Translations under genes and position numbers: made by a program
Shown here: positions 56,149 to 64,000 of the stretch, in pieces
Layout: each line of letters opens with the position of its first letter
How positions within the stretch are numbered: the first letter of the stretch is position 1
NCBI GenBank assembly: GCA_003518365.1
Contig: DOYU01000010.1
Location: forward strand, 1,938-65,937
Length of the DNA: 64,000 nucleotides
Source of the DNA: Candidatus Magasanikiibacteriota bacterium
GTDB lineage: Bacteria > Patescibacteriota > Patescibacteriia > Magasanikbacterales > UBA922
Direction of reading: 5' to 3'
Notes under the pieces: generated by a model
Database searches by the model: none
The model's input: the letters and a program-made list of their open reading frames with translations, nothing else
Told to the model about the DNA's origin: nothing

Positions 56149-56622
56149 ATGGCTAAATCTGTAGACATAAAAAATGAAAAATATCAGAATGCGATCCGCT
56201 TAAAATATGGCGATTTTACTTATTTAGAGATTGCCCGGATGCTTAAAGTTTCTCATGTCAGTGTAAAGAGATGGTTTCGGTCAGACGGCTTACTGAAAGA
56301 CGAATACGACCGATATGAAAAAGAAAGAAACCGTGTACGCGACAAAGAGACTGATACTGTGCTGGCGAGACATTCTGTAATTGCGGCCAATATTCTGGTC
56401 TCGCTTATGGGTGCCAAAAGCGATGTCATGAAATTCAGAGCTGTTAAAGCCATTTTGGATTATGTACTGGGTCCAGTAAGAACCATGGGCAGTGACGATC
56501 CTTACGATAACGCCGATTATCGGCGAGATAGCGACAGTATTGCGAGAATACTGGAAAGTGCTAGGAAAAGACAACAAAAATCCACTGTGGGCAACTCGAG
56601 CTTAGCTTGTCCGAAAAAATAG
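56149..56622 (+). CDS. HTH protein resembling a phage terminase small subunit
   Basis: N-terminal HTH (TYLEIARMLKVSHVSVKRW), helical middle, 'KFRAVKAILDYVLG' segment. Confidence 0.5.
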   Translation: MAKSVDIKNEKYQNAIRLKYGDFTYLEIARMLKVSHVSVKRWFRSDGLLKDEYDRYEKERNRVRDKETDTVLARHSVIAANILVSLMGAKSDVMKFRAVKAILDYVLGPVRTMGSDDPYDNADYRRDSDSIARILESARKRQQKSTVGNSSLACPKK

Positions 56623-56681
56623 CGTATGTTGTGTCTTGAGACCAAAAGTCGAATTCGAACCTTAGTAAAATTAACAAAATT

Positions 56682-58469
56682 ATGACTATGACAATGCAAA
56701 ACGAAAATGAATCGATGCGAGCCGTAGGATATGCCCGTGTCTCCTCCAAGGATCAAGAGGACACTGGATACTCACTACCGGCTCAAGAAAAACTTCTACA
56801 CGATTATGCCGACAGAAACGGTTTTGATCTGGTAAAAGTTTTTGCTATTCAAGAATCGGCGGCCGGAAAAATCCAACGAAAGATATTCCACGAGATGTTG
56901 GACTATGTGACCAAAGCCAAGATCAATACGATCTTCGTGGAAACCACCGACCGTTTAACCCGTAACTTCGCTGATGTGCCGATAATTGACGAATGGATAC
57001 TGGCGGATGAAAAGCACACCATTCATCTGGTAAAAGAAGGCTGTACCTTACACAAAGACTCCAAGTCCCACGAATGGTTTATGTGGCGAGTCAAAGTGGC
57101 TACGGCCGAATATTATATCCGACTCCTTTCCGAGAATGTGAAAAAGGGGCAGAAAGAAAAATTGGCTCAAGGCTGGCTACCAAGCAAACCGCCACTGGGA
57201 TACCAGACCACTGGCGAGAAAGGACACAAAATCCATATCATTGATCCGGACAAATCGCCACTGGTCAAAAAGATGTTTGACCTTTACGCCTCCAATCGCT
57301 ACTCAACCAAAAAGCTGGCCGATGAAATGCATAAGCTTGGCATGCGGTCTCGAGGAGGAAATAAAGTCAGTCATTCAAGAGTCCACCAACTACTGGGCGA
57401 TCCGTTTTATTATGGAATGAATCGCTGGAACGGCAAAGTCGCTCAAGGCGGACACGAACCGCTGATAACCAAAGAATTATTCATGCGATGCCAAGACATA
57501 ATGCATAGCAACGGTACGCCGAAATACAACAAGCACAATCCGTTATTTAAAAATGTCTTCCACTGTGAGGAATGCAAAGGCCGGATAACTTGGGAGATAC
57601 AAAAAGGCCACTGGTATGGCCACTGCAACCATTATAAAAACTGCCAGCAAAAGGAATGGGTCAAACAAGAGAACATTGACCTGCAAGTAATGGAAAATAT
57701 CGAGCATTTAAGCTCAAAGCACAACGAGGCCATAGAGAATATGCTCACTTGGGTCCAAGAGGCACTCAAAGAAAGCCACGGCGAGGAGATAGAATTCCGA
57801 CAAAAGGCCACTGGCGAACTTGAGCGACGCTACCAAGTCGCCACGCAAAGACTGGATAAGATATACGATGACAAGATAGACGGCAAGATCAGCGAGGACT
57901 TCTACCAGAAAAAGTACCAGCAGTACAAAATTGAACAAGAGGAAGTGTTGGACGGACTGAATAAGCACAAAAATGCCAACCTCAAGTATTACGATATGGG
58001 GTCAACCTTTTTACAAATGGCCAAAGAGGCAAGGAGAATTTATTTGAACCGAAGCACGATTGAAATGGTCGACGACAAGAAACAACTTTTGTCCCTTTTA
58101 TTTTCGAACCCTATAATAAATGGCAAGAAAGTTGAGATTTCATACCAGAAAGCCTTCAAAATGGTATTTGAACGAGTATCACAGATGTTGGGAGAAAATA
58201 CAGACGAAAATACAACATTCGAACCGCTGAAAAAGCCCGTAGATAAAGAGAAAAGCAGAGCTTTTGGCTCTGCTCATCCCATATGGCTCGACGGGTGGGA
58301 CTCGAACCCACGACCAATTGGTTACACGTCATCCACAATTTTCATTGCGGCGTGGACTATATCATCACCCTCGCCTATTTCCGATCATGTCGGAATCGTT
58401 AGGGTGCGAAGCGCTTCCCCTGCATCAAATATGTTCGAACAAGGTACTCCCCGAAGGGATAGTCTCTGA
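56682..58469 (+). CDS. Large serine recombinase (integrated form; the last ~59 aa come from antisense tRNA/intron sequence)
   Basis: YARVSS..Q, DRLTRN, recombinase domain (PP.GY, L..PFYYG, HEPLI..ELF), Zn ribbon C..C...C....C, coiled coil. Confidence 0.93.
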   Translation: MTMTMQNENESMRAVGYARVSSKDQEDTGYSLPAQEKLLHDYADRNGFDLVKVFAIQESAAGKIQRKIFHEMLDYVTKAKINTIFVETTDRLTRNFADVPIIDEWILADEKHTIHLVKEGCTLHKDSKSHEWFMWRVKVATAEYYIRLLSENVKKGQKEKLAQGWLPSKPPLGYQTTGEKGHKIHIIDPDKSPLVKKMFDLYASNRYSTKKLADEMHKLGMRSRGGNKVSHSRVHQLLGDPFYYGMNRWNGKVAQGGHEPLITKELFMRCQDIMHSNGTPKYNKHNPLFKNVFHCEECKGRITWEIQKGHWYGHCNHYKNCQQKEWVKQENIDLQVMENIEHLSSKHNEAIENMLTWVQEALKESHGEEIEFRQKATGELERRYQVATQRLDKIYDDKIDGKISEDFYQKKYQQYKIEQEEVLDGLNKHKNANLKYYDMGSTFLQMAKEARRIYLNRSTIEMVDDKKQLLSLLFSNPIINGKKVEISYQKAFKMVFERVSQMLGENTDENTTFEPLKKPVDKEKSRAFGSAHPIWLDGWDSNPRPIGYTSSTIFIAAWTISSPSPISDHVGIVRVRSASPASNMFEQGTPRRDSL

Positions 58470-58713
58470 ACCTTTTTCCATGTATGGACGCACATACGTT
58501 TCTCTCTCAAGGAGAGTGCTCTTATGCACACCTATATAATCATACCTGAAAACTTGGCTGCGAATTGCCATACAGATCCACAAGGGATCTGCGAAGGGTT
58601 CTCGCAATTCACTTCGTTGGCATCCTTCTGTTTCTAGAAGGAGCTGCTAGTGCGCCTAGATTGCTCTATACGTCTATTTACAGCCAACTGCTCTACCGCT
58701 GAGCTACCGTCGA
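58284..58713 (-). tRNA. tRNA-Asn(GTT) interrupted by a group I intron (exons 58713-58680 and 58324-58284)
   Basis: Spliced sequence TCGACGGTAGCTCAGCGGTAGAGCAGTTGGCTGT^TAACCAATTGGTCGTGGGTTCGAGTCCCACCCGTCGAGCCA; full cloverleaf with G73 discriminator. Confidence 0.93.
58325..58679 (-). ncRNA. Group I intron (355 nt, no homing endonuclease ORF)
   Basis: 5' exon ends in U and the intron ends in G; P (GAAUUGCGAGAAC), Q (AAUUCGCAGCCAAG), R (GUUCAGAGACUAU), S (GAUGAUAUAGUCC); IGS GCAGCU (58647-58642) pairs with exon GGCUGU with a U-G wobble. Confidence 0.92.
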
Positions 58714-58769
58714 ATATGTTGTAATCGAGCATAGTGTACTCGACTTGTGTGAGCCTGTAAAGACTCTTG

Positions 58770-58840
58770 TTCGGGGACAGGGATTCGAACCCCGATAGTC
58801 AGGATCAAAACCTGAAGTCCTACCTTTAGACGATCCCCGA
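58770..58840 (-). tRNA. tRNA-Gln(TTG), CCA not encoded
   Basis: TCGGGGA/TCCCCGA acceptor stem, TCAGG-TTTTGAT-CCTGA anticodon arm, GGTTCGAATCC. Confidence 0.92.
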
Positions 58841-59000
58841 ATGTTTGATTATATTGGCTTTTTCTTCTCTCCCAAAGCCAGTCTTTACATACAATTCACT
58901 TCTTCAAAAGAAACGAATTTTTCACTGTGAATTATTCGTAAAGGCCGAAATACCTTTGTAGATTTTGTTTTTCCAGATTGATGATCCTTGAAACGCTGCG

Positions 59001-59909
59001 TCAAGTCTTCAAATAACGACGCATTGCAATCATACTGGATATCAAGGTGAGAAAAAAGACAATTCCAAACTGGATACCAGCGAGTGAGAGTATATGCGAA
59101 AAATAGTAATTTGTCAAGAATTTTGGATCTCCTAAAATTACCCCCAAATATGGGTCAAGTATCCCCGTTGCACCGTATACCAAAAGAACGGCTATCCCTA
59201 CGCTTAGGATACTAAAGAGAATAGACTCAACAATATAGGGTCCTTGGACAAACCAGTTGGTTGCTCCCACGAGTTTTTTGATACTGATTTCAATACGCTG
59301 TGTATAAATTGCGACGCGAATCGTATTAAAAATGATGAGAAATGCAATAATGGCAAAAAAAGCAGTAAGAGCAAACGAAAAATGCTCTACATTTTTTGTA
59401 ATGACATCAATTTTTTGAATTGCGCCCTGAGTATCCGTAAATGTCTTTGATTCAACAATAGTTTCATATTCCGGCACACTCAGATCATCAATAACCGTCA
59501 CATAATCTGCAGGGTCCTTTGTTTTTACAACAATAGTTGCACCAAGTGGATTCTCCGCGAGCTCTTCAAGAGAGGCTAAAATATTTTCATTATCCTTGTA
59601 CAGATTTTTAAAATTTTGTAACACTTCATCCTGAGATAAAAAGGTAGCGTGAGTGACTTGTGGAAGTGATGCAATGTATGTGTACACTTCATCTATTTCA
59701 TCAGCAGTTGCCTCAGGTGAAAGATAAATACTTACATCTATCTGCTCACGAATAGACGTTGTTGCCTCATTGGTCACGAGCCTGATAAAGAGGAGCGTAT
59801 TGACCGACAACAACATCAAAACAAGTACAAAAATTGTCATAAAAGACAATCCTATATTTCGTACAATATCTTGCAATGCAAAGCTAACAATGCGTAAAAA
59901 AGAATACAT
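59001..59909 (-). CDS. ftsX: Cell division permease FtsX
   Basis: RN...S..TI, NPL, I.NTIR.AI...R.EI.I.KLVGAT.WF..GP...E. Confidence 0.9.
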   Translation of the reverse strand: MYSFLRIVSFALQDIVRNIGLSFMTIFVLVLMLLSVNTLLFIRLVTNEATTSIREQIDVSIYLSPEATADEIDEVYTYIASLPQVTHATFLSQDEVLQNFKNLYKDNENILASLEELAENPLGATIVVKTKDPADYVTVIDDLSVPEYETIVESKTFTDTQGAIQKIDVITKNVEHFSFALTAFFAIIAFLIIFNTIRVAIYTQRIEISIKKLVGATNWFVQGPYIVESILFSILSVGIAVLLVYGATGILDPYLGVILGDPKFLTNYYFSHILSLAGIQFGIVFFLTLISSMIAMRRYLKT

Positions 59910-59911
59910 AG

Positions 59912-60607
59912 CTATTGGGCAGTAGCGCTAAGATGATATTTTCCATGTTTTTCATCTGAGATGATTTTTCCATCTTGCAATACCACGACACGTTTTCTAA
60001 GTTGATTTACAATATCTCGATTGTGCGTGACAAGTACAATCGTAGTCCCAAATTCATTAATTTTTTTCAAAATTTCCATGATCTCTTGAGTATTGATACT
60101 GTCAAGATTACCGGTAGGTTCATCTGCCACAATAATCTTTGGTCGATGTACCAGTGAACGAGCAATAACGACGCGCTGTTGTTCTCCACCGGAGAGCTGG
60201 TGTGGATATCTGTCCATTTTGTGTTTCAAACCCACAATCTCAACCACACGAGGAACGATATCCCGAATACGTTTGTATGGCTCCCCTGCCACTTGCAAGG
60301 CAAACGCAACATTTTCTTGTACTGTTTTTTTTGAAAGTAACTTAAAATCTTGAAAAATAACTCCTATCTGACGACGAAGTAACGGAATATCTGCCTGACG
60401 AATACGAGAAATATCCCATCCACCTATTTCAATCGTTCCGCTAGTCGGTTTTTCTTCTGCAATAAGCAATTTGATGAGTGTTGTCTTGCCAGTACCACTT
60501 TGTCCTACGATTGAGACAAATTCCCCTGCATCAATAGTCAAGTCAACATCAGCAAGACCGATACTATCAGCGGTATATTGTTTTGACACTGATTTCAGAT
60601 GAATCAT
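59912..60607 (-). CDS. ftsE: Cell division ATP-binding protein FtsE
   Basis: [41 protein letters not shown]. Confidence 0.93.
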   Translation of the reverse strand: MIHLKSVSKQYTADSIGLADVDLTIDAGEFVSIVGQSGTGKTTLIKLLIAEEKPTSGTIEIGGWDISRIRQADIPLLRRQIGVIFQDFKLLSKKTVQENVAFALQVAGEPYKRIRDIVPRVVEIVGLKHKMDRYPHQLSGGEQQRVVIARSLVHRPKIIVADEPTGNLDSINTQEIMEILKKINEFGTTIVLVTHNRDIVNQLRKRVVVLQDGKIISDEKHGKYHLSATAQ

Positions 60608-60672
60608 ACGAAGATCAGTATACCATACTTTATTTTTAAGCAGTAGATTTGCTGTGGGTGGATGAAGAAATA

Positions 60673-60700
60673 TTGACAAAAAAAAATGTTCATGTACAAT
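60673..60700 (+). promoter_or_regulatory. Sigma70-type promoter of the orphan gene
   Basis: TTGACA-16 nt-TACAAT. Confidence 0.55.
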
Positions 60701-60726
60701 TTTTAAGCTCATGTCAAGGAGGAGCG

Positions 60727-61014
60727 ATGTCATTTCAAGGGTGGATCGAACGAAAATACGGCAGTGCAAAACGAGGGCGCACCCAGAAGCTCGAAGTGCC
60801 AAGAAGTGTTCAAACGACGTGTCCTCATTGCCACAAGCTGATGACGCTCGTGGGTATCAAGAGGGAACGAGGGAAGAATGCCTTGCCAGTGGTCGTCCAC
60901 ATAGGCATCAACGATGATTGCTCTGCCATCGTAGCCACCAAACGACCCGATCACGGGATGTGGGGATACTTCATCGTCATCGATGAGCTGCGCGATTCTG
61001 CGCCTACGACCTGA
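60727..61014 (+). CDS. Hypothetical 95-aa protein with CxxC and strong SD
   Basis: AAGGAGGAG before the ATG at 60727; CPHC; followed by a GC hairpin. Confidence 0.65.
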   Translation: MSFQGWIERKYGSAKRGRTQKLEVPRSVQTTCPHCHKLMTLVGIKRERGKNALPVVVHIGINDDCSAIVATKRPDHGMWGYFIVIDELRDSAPTT

Positions 61015-61032
61015 CCGATCGCCAGAGCAACA

Positions 61033-61069
61033 AAGCCCCCGGTTTGCGAAATGCGCGAACCGGGGGCTT
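61033..61069. terminator. Intrinsic terminator
   Basis: AAGCCCCCGGTT...AACCGGGGGCTT. Confidence 0.7.
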
Positions 61070-61091
61070 CTTCAATTTTTATTGTTTTCTG

Positions 61092-61164
61092 AGCCACCTC
61101 GGGGAGTCGAACCCCGGACCTATTCGTTACGAGTGAATTGCTCTACCAACTGAGCTAAGGCGGC
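61092..61164 (-). tRNA. tRNA-Thr(CGT), CCA not encoded
   Basis: GCCGCCT/AGGTGGC acceptor stem, AGCTCAGTTGGTAGAGC D arm, CT-CGT-AA loop, GGTTCGACTCC. Confidence 0.9.
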
Positions 61165-61222
61165 ATGTGAATTGCCGCAGTATTCTAACTCAAAACGAGG
61201 GAGCATGTCAATCTATAGATCC

Positions 61223-61642
61223 TCAGGCAGATGCTTGATGTGATGTACCATACACCACATCCTCAGCCACCCATTCATCCATTTTTTGCTCTACAAATTT
61301 TACAGCATTAGTGATATCCCTCTGAACCATCAACGCGTCATAGATGTATGATAACTCCCCGCCACTTGGAATAAACTGCTGTCGGAATCGATTACTAAAC
61401 TCTCCAAAGAAAAAATCTTCTGGTTTTTTGTAACGTGTCATGAGATATTCAATGGCAATCATTTGAATCAACATGATCACTTGATCATCTCTATGTGGGT
61501 CCTCACTCCGAACCACTGTCTTCAATTTTGCGATTGCCTCACTTCTATAATCTTTTTCTTCACTGTGATGTGCATCGAATTCTCCAAAAGAATGTTCTTC
61601 TGTGTGGTGGCGTCCTCCACTTATAGTGTCACCAGTAACCAT
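61223..61642 (-). CDS. Hypothetical protein
   Basis: 139-aa ORF downstream of the PPIase gene. Confidence 0.55.
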   Translation of the reverse strand: MVTGDTISGGRHHTEEHSFGEFDAHHSEEKDYRSEAIAKLKTVVRSEDPHRDDQVIMLIQMIAIEYLMTRYKKPEDFFFGEFSNRFRQQFIPSGGELSYIYDALMVQRDITNAVKFVEQKMDEWVAEDVVYGTSHQASA

Positions 61643-61669
61643 AGGAGTATGGTTAAAAATAAAAATCGA

Positions 61670-62731
61670 TTATGTTGTTTGTTCTGGCGTACTGTCGATG
61701 TTTGTCGTTACATTATCTGTAGCGCTATCGGCTACAGCAAAAGGATTTGCTATGTCACTATAAATTTTCACGTCAGCTGCTTTGAGCTGGTCTTGAAAAA
61801 ATGCTGCAAAATCGTTGATAGTTTTGACATCATCTACTTGTACAATATGAATACCAAATTGGGTTTCAACAACTCCGTCATACAATTCTCCAGCAGACAT
61901 AGCAAAAATGACATCTTCAAATTCAGGAATGGTAGTTCCACGATCAATCCACCCTAGATCTCCACCTGTTTCAGATGTTCCATCACTACCAAATTCTGCA
62001 GCAAGTGAGGCAAAATCTTCTCCATCTTTAATACGCTGCAACACTTTTCCTGCCTGTGCCTTTACTTCATCTATAGGATGTTCATCATCTACGGTAAAAA
62101 GAATGTGGCGTGCCTTTACCTGTGTTGCCTTATAGGTATCACCAACAGTAGTATCTTGTTCAAATGCCTCTCCAACCTTTTGTTCTACCACAATTGGATT
62201 GATCACACGTTCAGTAAATGTCTGCAACGACCATCCAAAAGTCTTTTGTACTTCTTGTGCTGCGGTTTCTTCATCTGGAAATTGTGAAAGAAGTTCGGAC
62301 TTTGCAACATCAACATCGCTCTGATCCACAGTGACATTGTATTTCTTTGCGTATTCGTTTATCAATGCATTGATCAACAATCTACTAATAACCTGCTGCG
62401 ATATATCTGTATCTGTGACAGCAGTTGCTCCTTGATCTTGTTGAGAATAAAAATTTTTGAGAGATGAAAAATCTGTCATGAAATCATGATACGACACACG
62501 ATGTCCATTAATTTTTGCAATAGGAATATTGAACACCTGTGCACTCGCCAACACAAAGGATGAATCAGACAATGCTGCCACACGCGTTTTTGTGTACATA
62601 AACACACCTGCACCTGCGACGAGGACAACAACAAGCAACCCAGCAAAAAATAATCCTATCATATTCTTCTTTTGGGGCTGCGTGGTCAGAATTTGTTCTT
62701 GTTCTTCTTTTTGTGGCTCCATAGATTCCAT
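61670..62731 (-). CDS. PrsA/SurA-like parvulin peptidyl-prolyl isomerase
   Basis: N-terminal TM, SurA_N-like region, ARHIL, F..LA.EF..D....GGDLGW, TQFG.HI. Confidence 0.88.
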   Translation of the reverse strand: MESMEPQKEEQEQILTTQPQKKNMIGLFFAGLLVVVLVAGAGVFMYTKTRVAALSDSSFVLASAQVFNIPIAKINGHRVSYHDFMTDFSSLKNFYSQQDQGATAVTDTDISQQVISRLLINALINEYAKKYNVTVDQSDVDVAKSELLSQFPDEETAAQEVQKTFGWSLQTFTERVINPIVVEQKVGEAFEQDTTVGDTYKATQVKARHILFTVDDEHPIDEVKAQAGKVLQRIKDGEDFASLAAEFGSDGTSETGGDLGWIDRGTTIPEFEDVIFAMSAGELYDGVVETQFGIHIVQVDDVKTINDFAAFFQDQLKAADVKIYSDIANPFAVADSATDNVTTNIDSTPEQTT

Positions 62732-62750
62732 ACAATATTGTATTAGTAAG

Positions 62751-63173
62751 TTATATGTGTGATATGTGCATAATATAGTACCACCATTTTGCTGGATTCT
62801 TCAAGGGGGCAAGATCTTCTATACTAGTAGCATCGTTTACTCCATCGTCTTTGTGAAAAGCGCTATCTTCGGGAAGAGCAATGACATGCTCACCTGGTTT
62901 CTTTAGGTTAAACTCAACACGCGCTTTCTCTTCTACATAATCTGGGCTCGATACATATTTTAACAACTCAAATGATTCAAGTTTTTTTGTTTGCAACTGT
63001 TGCACCTCTTGCTCAAGTTCCTTGATCTCTTGGCGAATAGCATAATCCTGATAATACGCACGAGCATAACTTATTGCAACAAGCACAGCAGTGACAAAAA
63101 GCAGTATCAAAAACAACCGTGACGAAAAAAATCGTCGCATGGAACTATGCTCTTGTTTGTTGTGTTGTGTCAT
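62751..63173 (-). CDS. Septum formation initiator (FtsB/DivIC family)
   Basis: TM, coiled coil, YVEEKAR..FNLKKPGE. Confidence 0.8.
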   Translation of the reverse strand: MTQHNKQEHSSMRRFFSSRLFLILLFVTAVLVAISYARAYYQDYAIRQEIKELEQEVQQLQTKKLESFELLKYVSSPDYVEEKARVEFNLKKPGEHVIALPEDSAFHKDDGVNDATSIEDLAPLKNPAKWWYYIMHISHI

Positions 63174-63203
63174 ACTGTATTGACAACAGTATAGCACGAA
63201 ATA

Positions 63204-64000
63204 TTACGCGGTGCGACCCTTGAGCGCGTCGCGAGCAATAGTGCGATCATCCCAGGGAATCATATTCCCCCCTGCGACACACATTGCCTGTTCACTCCCC
63301 TTTCCAGTGATCAACACAAGATCCCCTGGCTTGGCTCGACGCACGGCAAGCGTAATTGCTTTTCTTCGATCAATTTCTATAAAAAGATTGCGGCCTTTTC
63401 TTTTGCCAGTCTTTTTTACCGCAGAAGCAACATCCTCAATAATTTCAATAGGATCGTCTTCGTATGGATCCTCATCAGTGACGAAACACATGTCTGCGTG
63501 GTGTCCAATAAATTCTCCGAGCGTAAAGCGCCTCGCTTTATCTCTTCCTCCTCCTGTTGATCCAAATACATGAAGGATCCGTTTTGGCTGTAACAACGCA
63601 ACGACCTCGTACAACTTTTTCATGGCCACAGGCTCGAAGGCATAATCAACAAGTATTTGAAACCCGTGTCCTTCTGCTTCACGAATAAACTCAATTCTTC
63701 CCGGGACATTATGAAAACTGGCGACAGCTTTTTCAATAGTTCCCCAAGAAATATCCATAGCTCGAGCAACCGCCATACACGCAACAATATTTTTGGCATT
63801 GTGTTCACCATACATGGGTGCAAAAAATTCACGCTCATGAACCTTGAAGTGAATCCCTGCTTTGTCAGAAGTAATATCTTCTGCATGCAACCTTTCTTTG
63901 CCATCAAAATATGTCATGGTCTCAAACTGCTTTGATGCAAACTTGGTATATCCCATCACTGATCTATTGATAAACGCAATTTTTGGAATATGTTTTCCTT
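63204..64000 (-). CDS. murE: MurE ligase, C-terminal part (5' end beyond the window)
   Basis: VPGR.E, VDYA, G.TGGGRD, DEDP, DR..AI, LITGKG.E. Confidence 0.85.
   Translation of the reverse strand, partial: GKHIPKIAFINRSVMGYTKFASKQFETMTYFDGKERLHAEDITSDKAGIHFKVHEREFFAPMYGEHNAKNIVACMAVARAMDISWGTIEKAVASFHNVPGRIEFIREAEGHGFQILVDYAFEPVAMKKLYEVVALLQPKRILHVFGSTGGGRDKARRFTLGEFIGHHADMCFVTDEDPYEDDPIEIIEDVASAVKKTGKRKGRNLFIEIDRRKAITLAVRRAKPGDLVLITGKGSEQAMCVAGGNMIPWDDRTIARDALKGRTA

Larger units (their letters stand above)
45917..58290. mobile_element. Integrative element (about 12.4 kb) at the 3' end of tRNA-Asn with serine recombinase and RM cargo
   Basis: Core GCTCG at 45917-45921 and 58286-58290; recombinase at the right end and its in-frame C-terminal fragment at the left end; displaced tRNA terminator just outside the left end; defence and phage-like cargo. 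Confidence 0.88.

Noticed and set aside
45917-58290. Complete prophage or ICE
   Set aside because: No capsid, portal, tail, large terminase, relaxase or T4SS genes.
58156-58607. Short ORFs overlapping tRNA-Asn and its intron (possible homing endonuclease)
   Set aside because: They are too short, lack LAGLIDADG/HNH/GIY-YIG motifs, and are explained by the RNA features.
58881-58945. Imperfect inverted repeat between ftsX and tRNA-Gln
   Set aside because: Single degenerate copy with no match to other repeats in the window; it cannot be classified.
61123-61139. A-C mismatch at the base of the tRNA-Thr anticodon stem (possible pseudogene)
   Set aside because: The rest of the cloverleaf is canonical, and a single 31-39 mismatch is not enough to call it non-functional.
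1-64000. CRISPR array or cas genes
   Set aside because: No regularly spaced 25-40-nt repeats with unique spacers and no cas-like ORFs were seen.
1-64000. Alternative genetic code (UGA read-through as in Gracilibacteria)
   Set aside because: Conserved genes such as greA, mreC and ftsX end at TGA at the expected length.

Overview
This window looks like a chromosome segment of a Patescibacteria (CPR) bacterium using the standard genetic code. The taxon is inferred from gene content and style: short ProRS, few Shine-Dalgarno sites, and CPR-type hypothetical proteins. Genes from 1 to 22.2 kb are all on the + strand: UvrD-nuclease, proS, mreBCD-pbp2, greA, lysS, HAM1-NUDIX, serS, a RAYT transposase with REPs, and a murF/DegT/FemAB/FtsQ-like cluster. 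After a dif-like site at 22325-22352 most genes are on the - strand: M23 peptidase, gltX, a full Rrf2/iscS/suf Fe-S cluster, type II glutamine synthetase, ftsEX, PPIase and murE. This convergence suggests the replication terminus. Highlight 1: a 12.4-kb restriction-modification island (45917-58290) sits at the 3' end of a tRNA-Asn. Its large serine recombinase gene is split by the att site; the apparent true C-terminus lies in frame at the far end of the island, and the recombinase Trp codon supplies the tRNA CCA. Highlight 2: the same tRNA-Asn(GTT) carries a 355-nt group I intron inside the anticodon. Highlight 3: a four-helix-bundle gene is bracketed by inverted 7-mer tandem arrays, and related 7/8-mer arrays are scattered through the window, including in frame inside housekeeping proteins. 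Also present are a RAYT/REP system with a covarying REPIN, a 41% acidic 59-aa ORF at the end of the RM operon, and self-contained GC-rich orphan cassettes with strong Shine-Dalgarno sites. All family calls come from motif recognition; no database searches were run.
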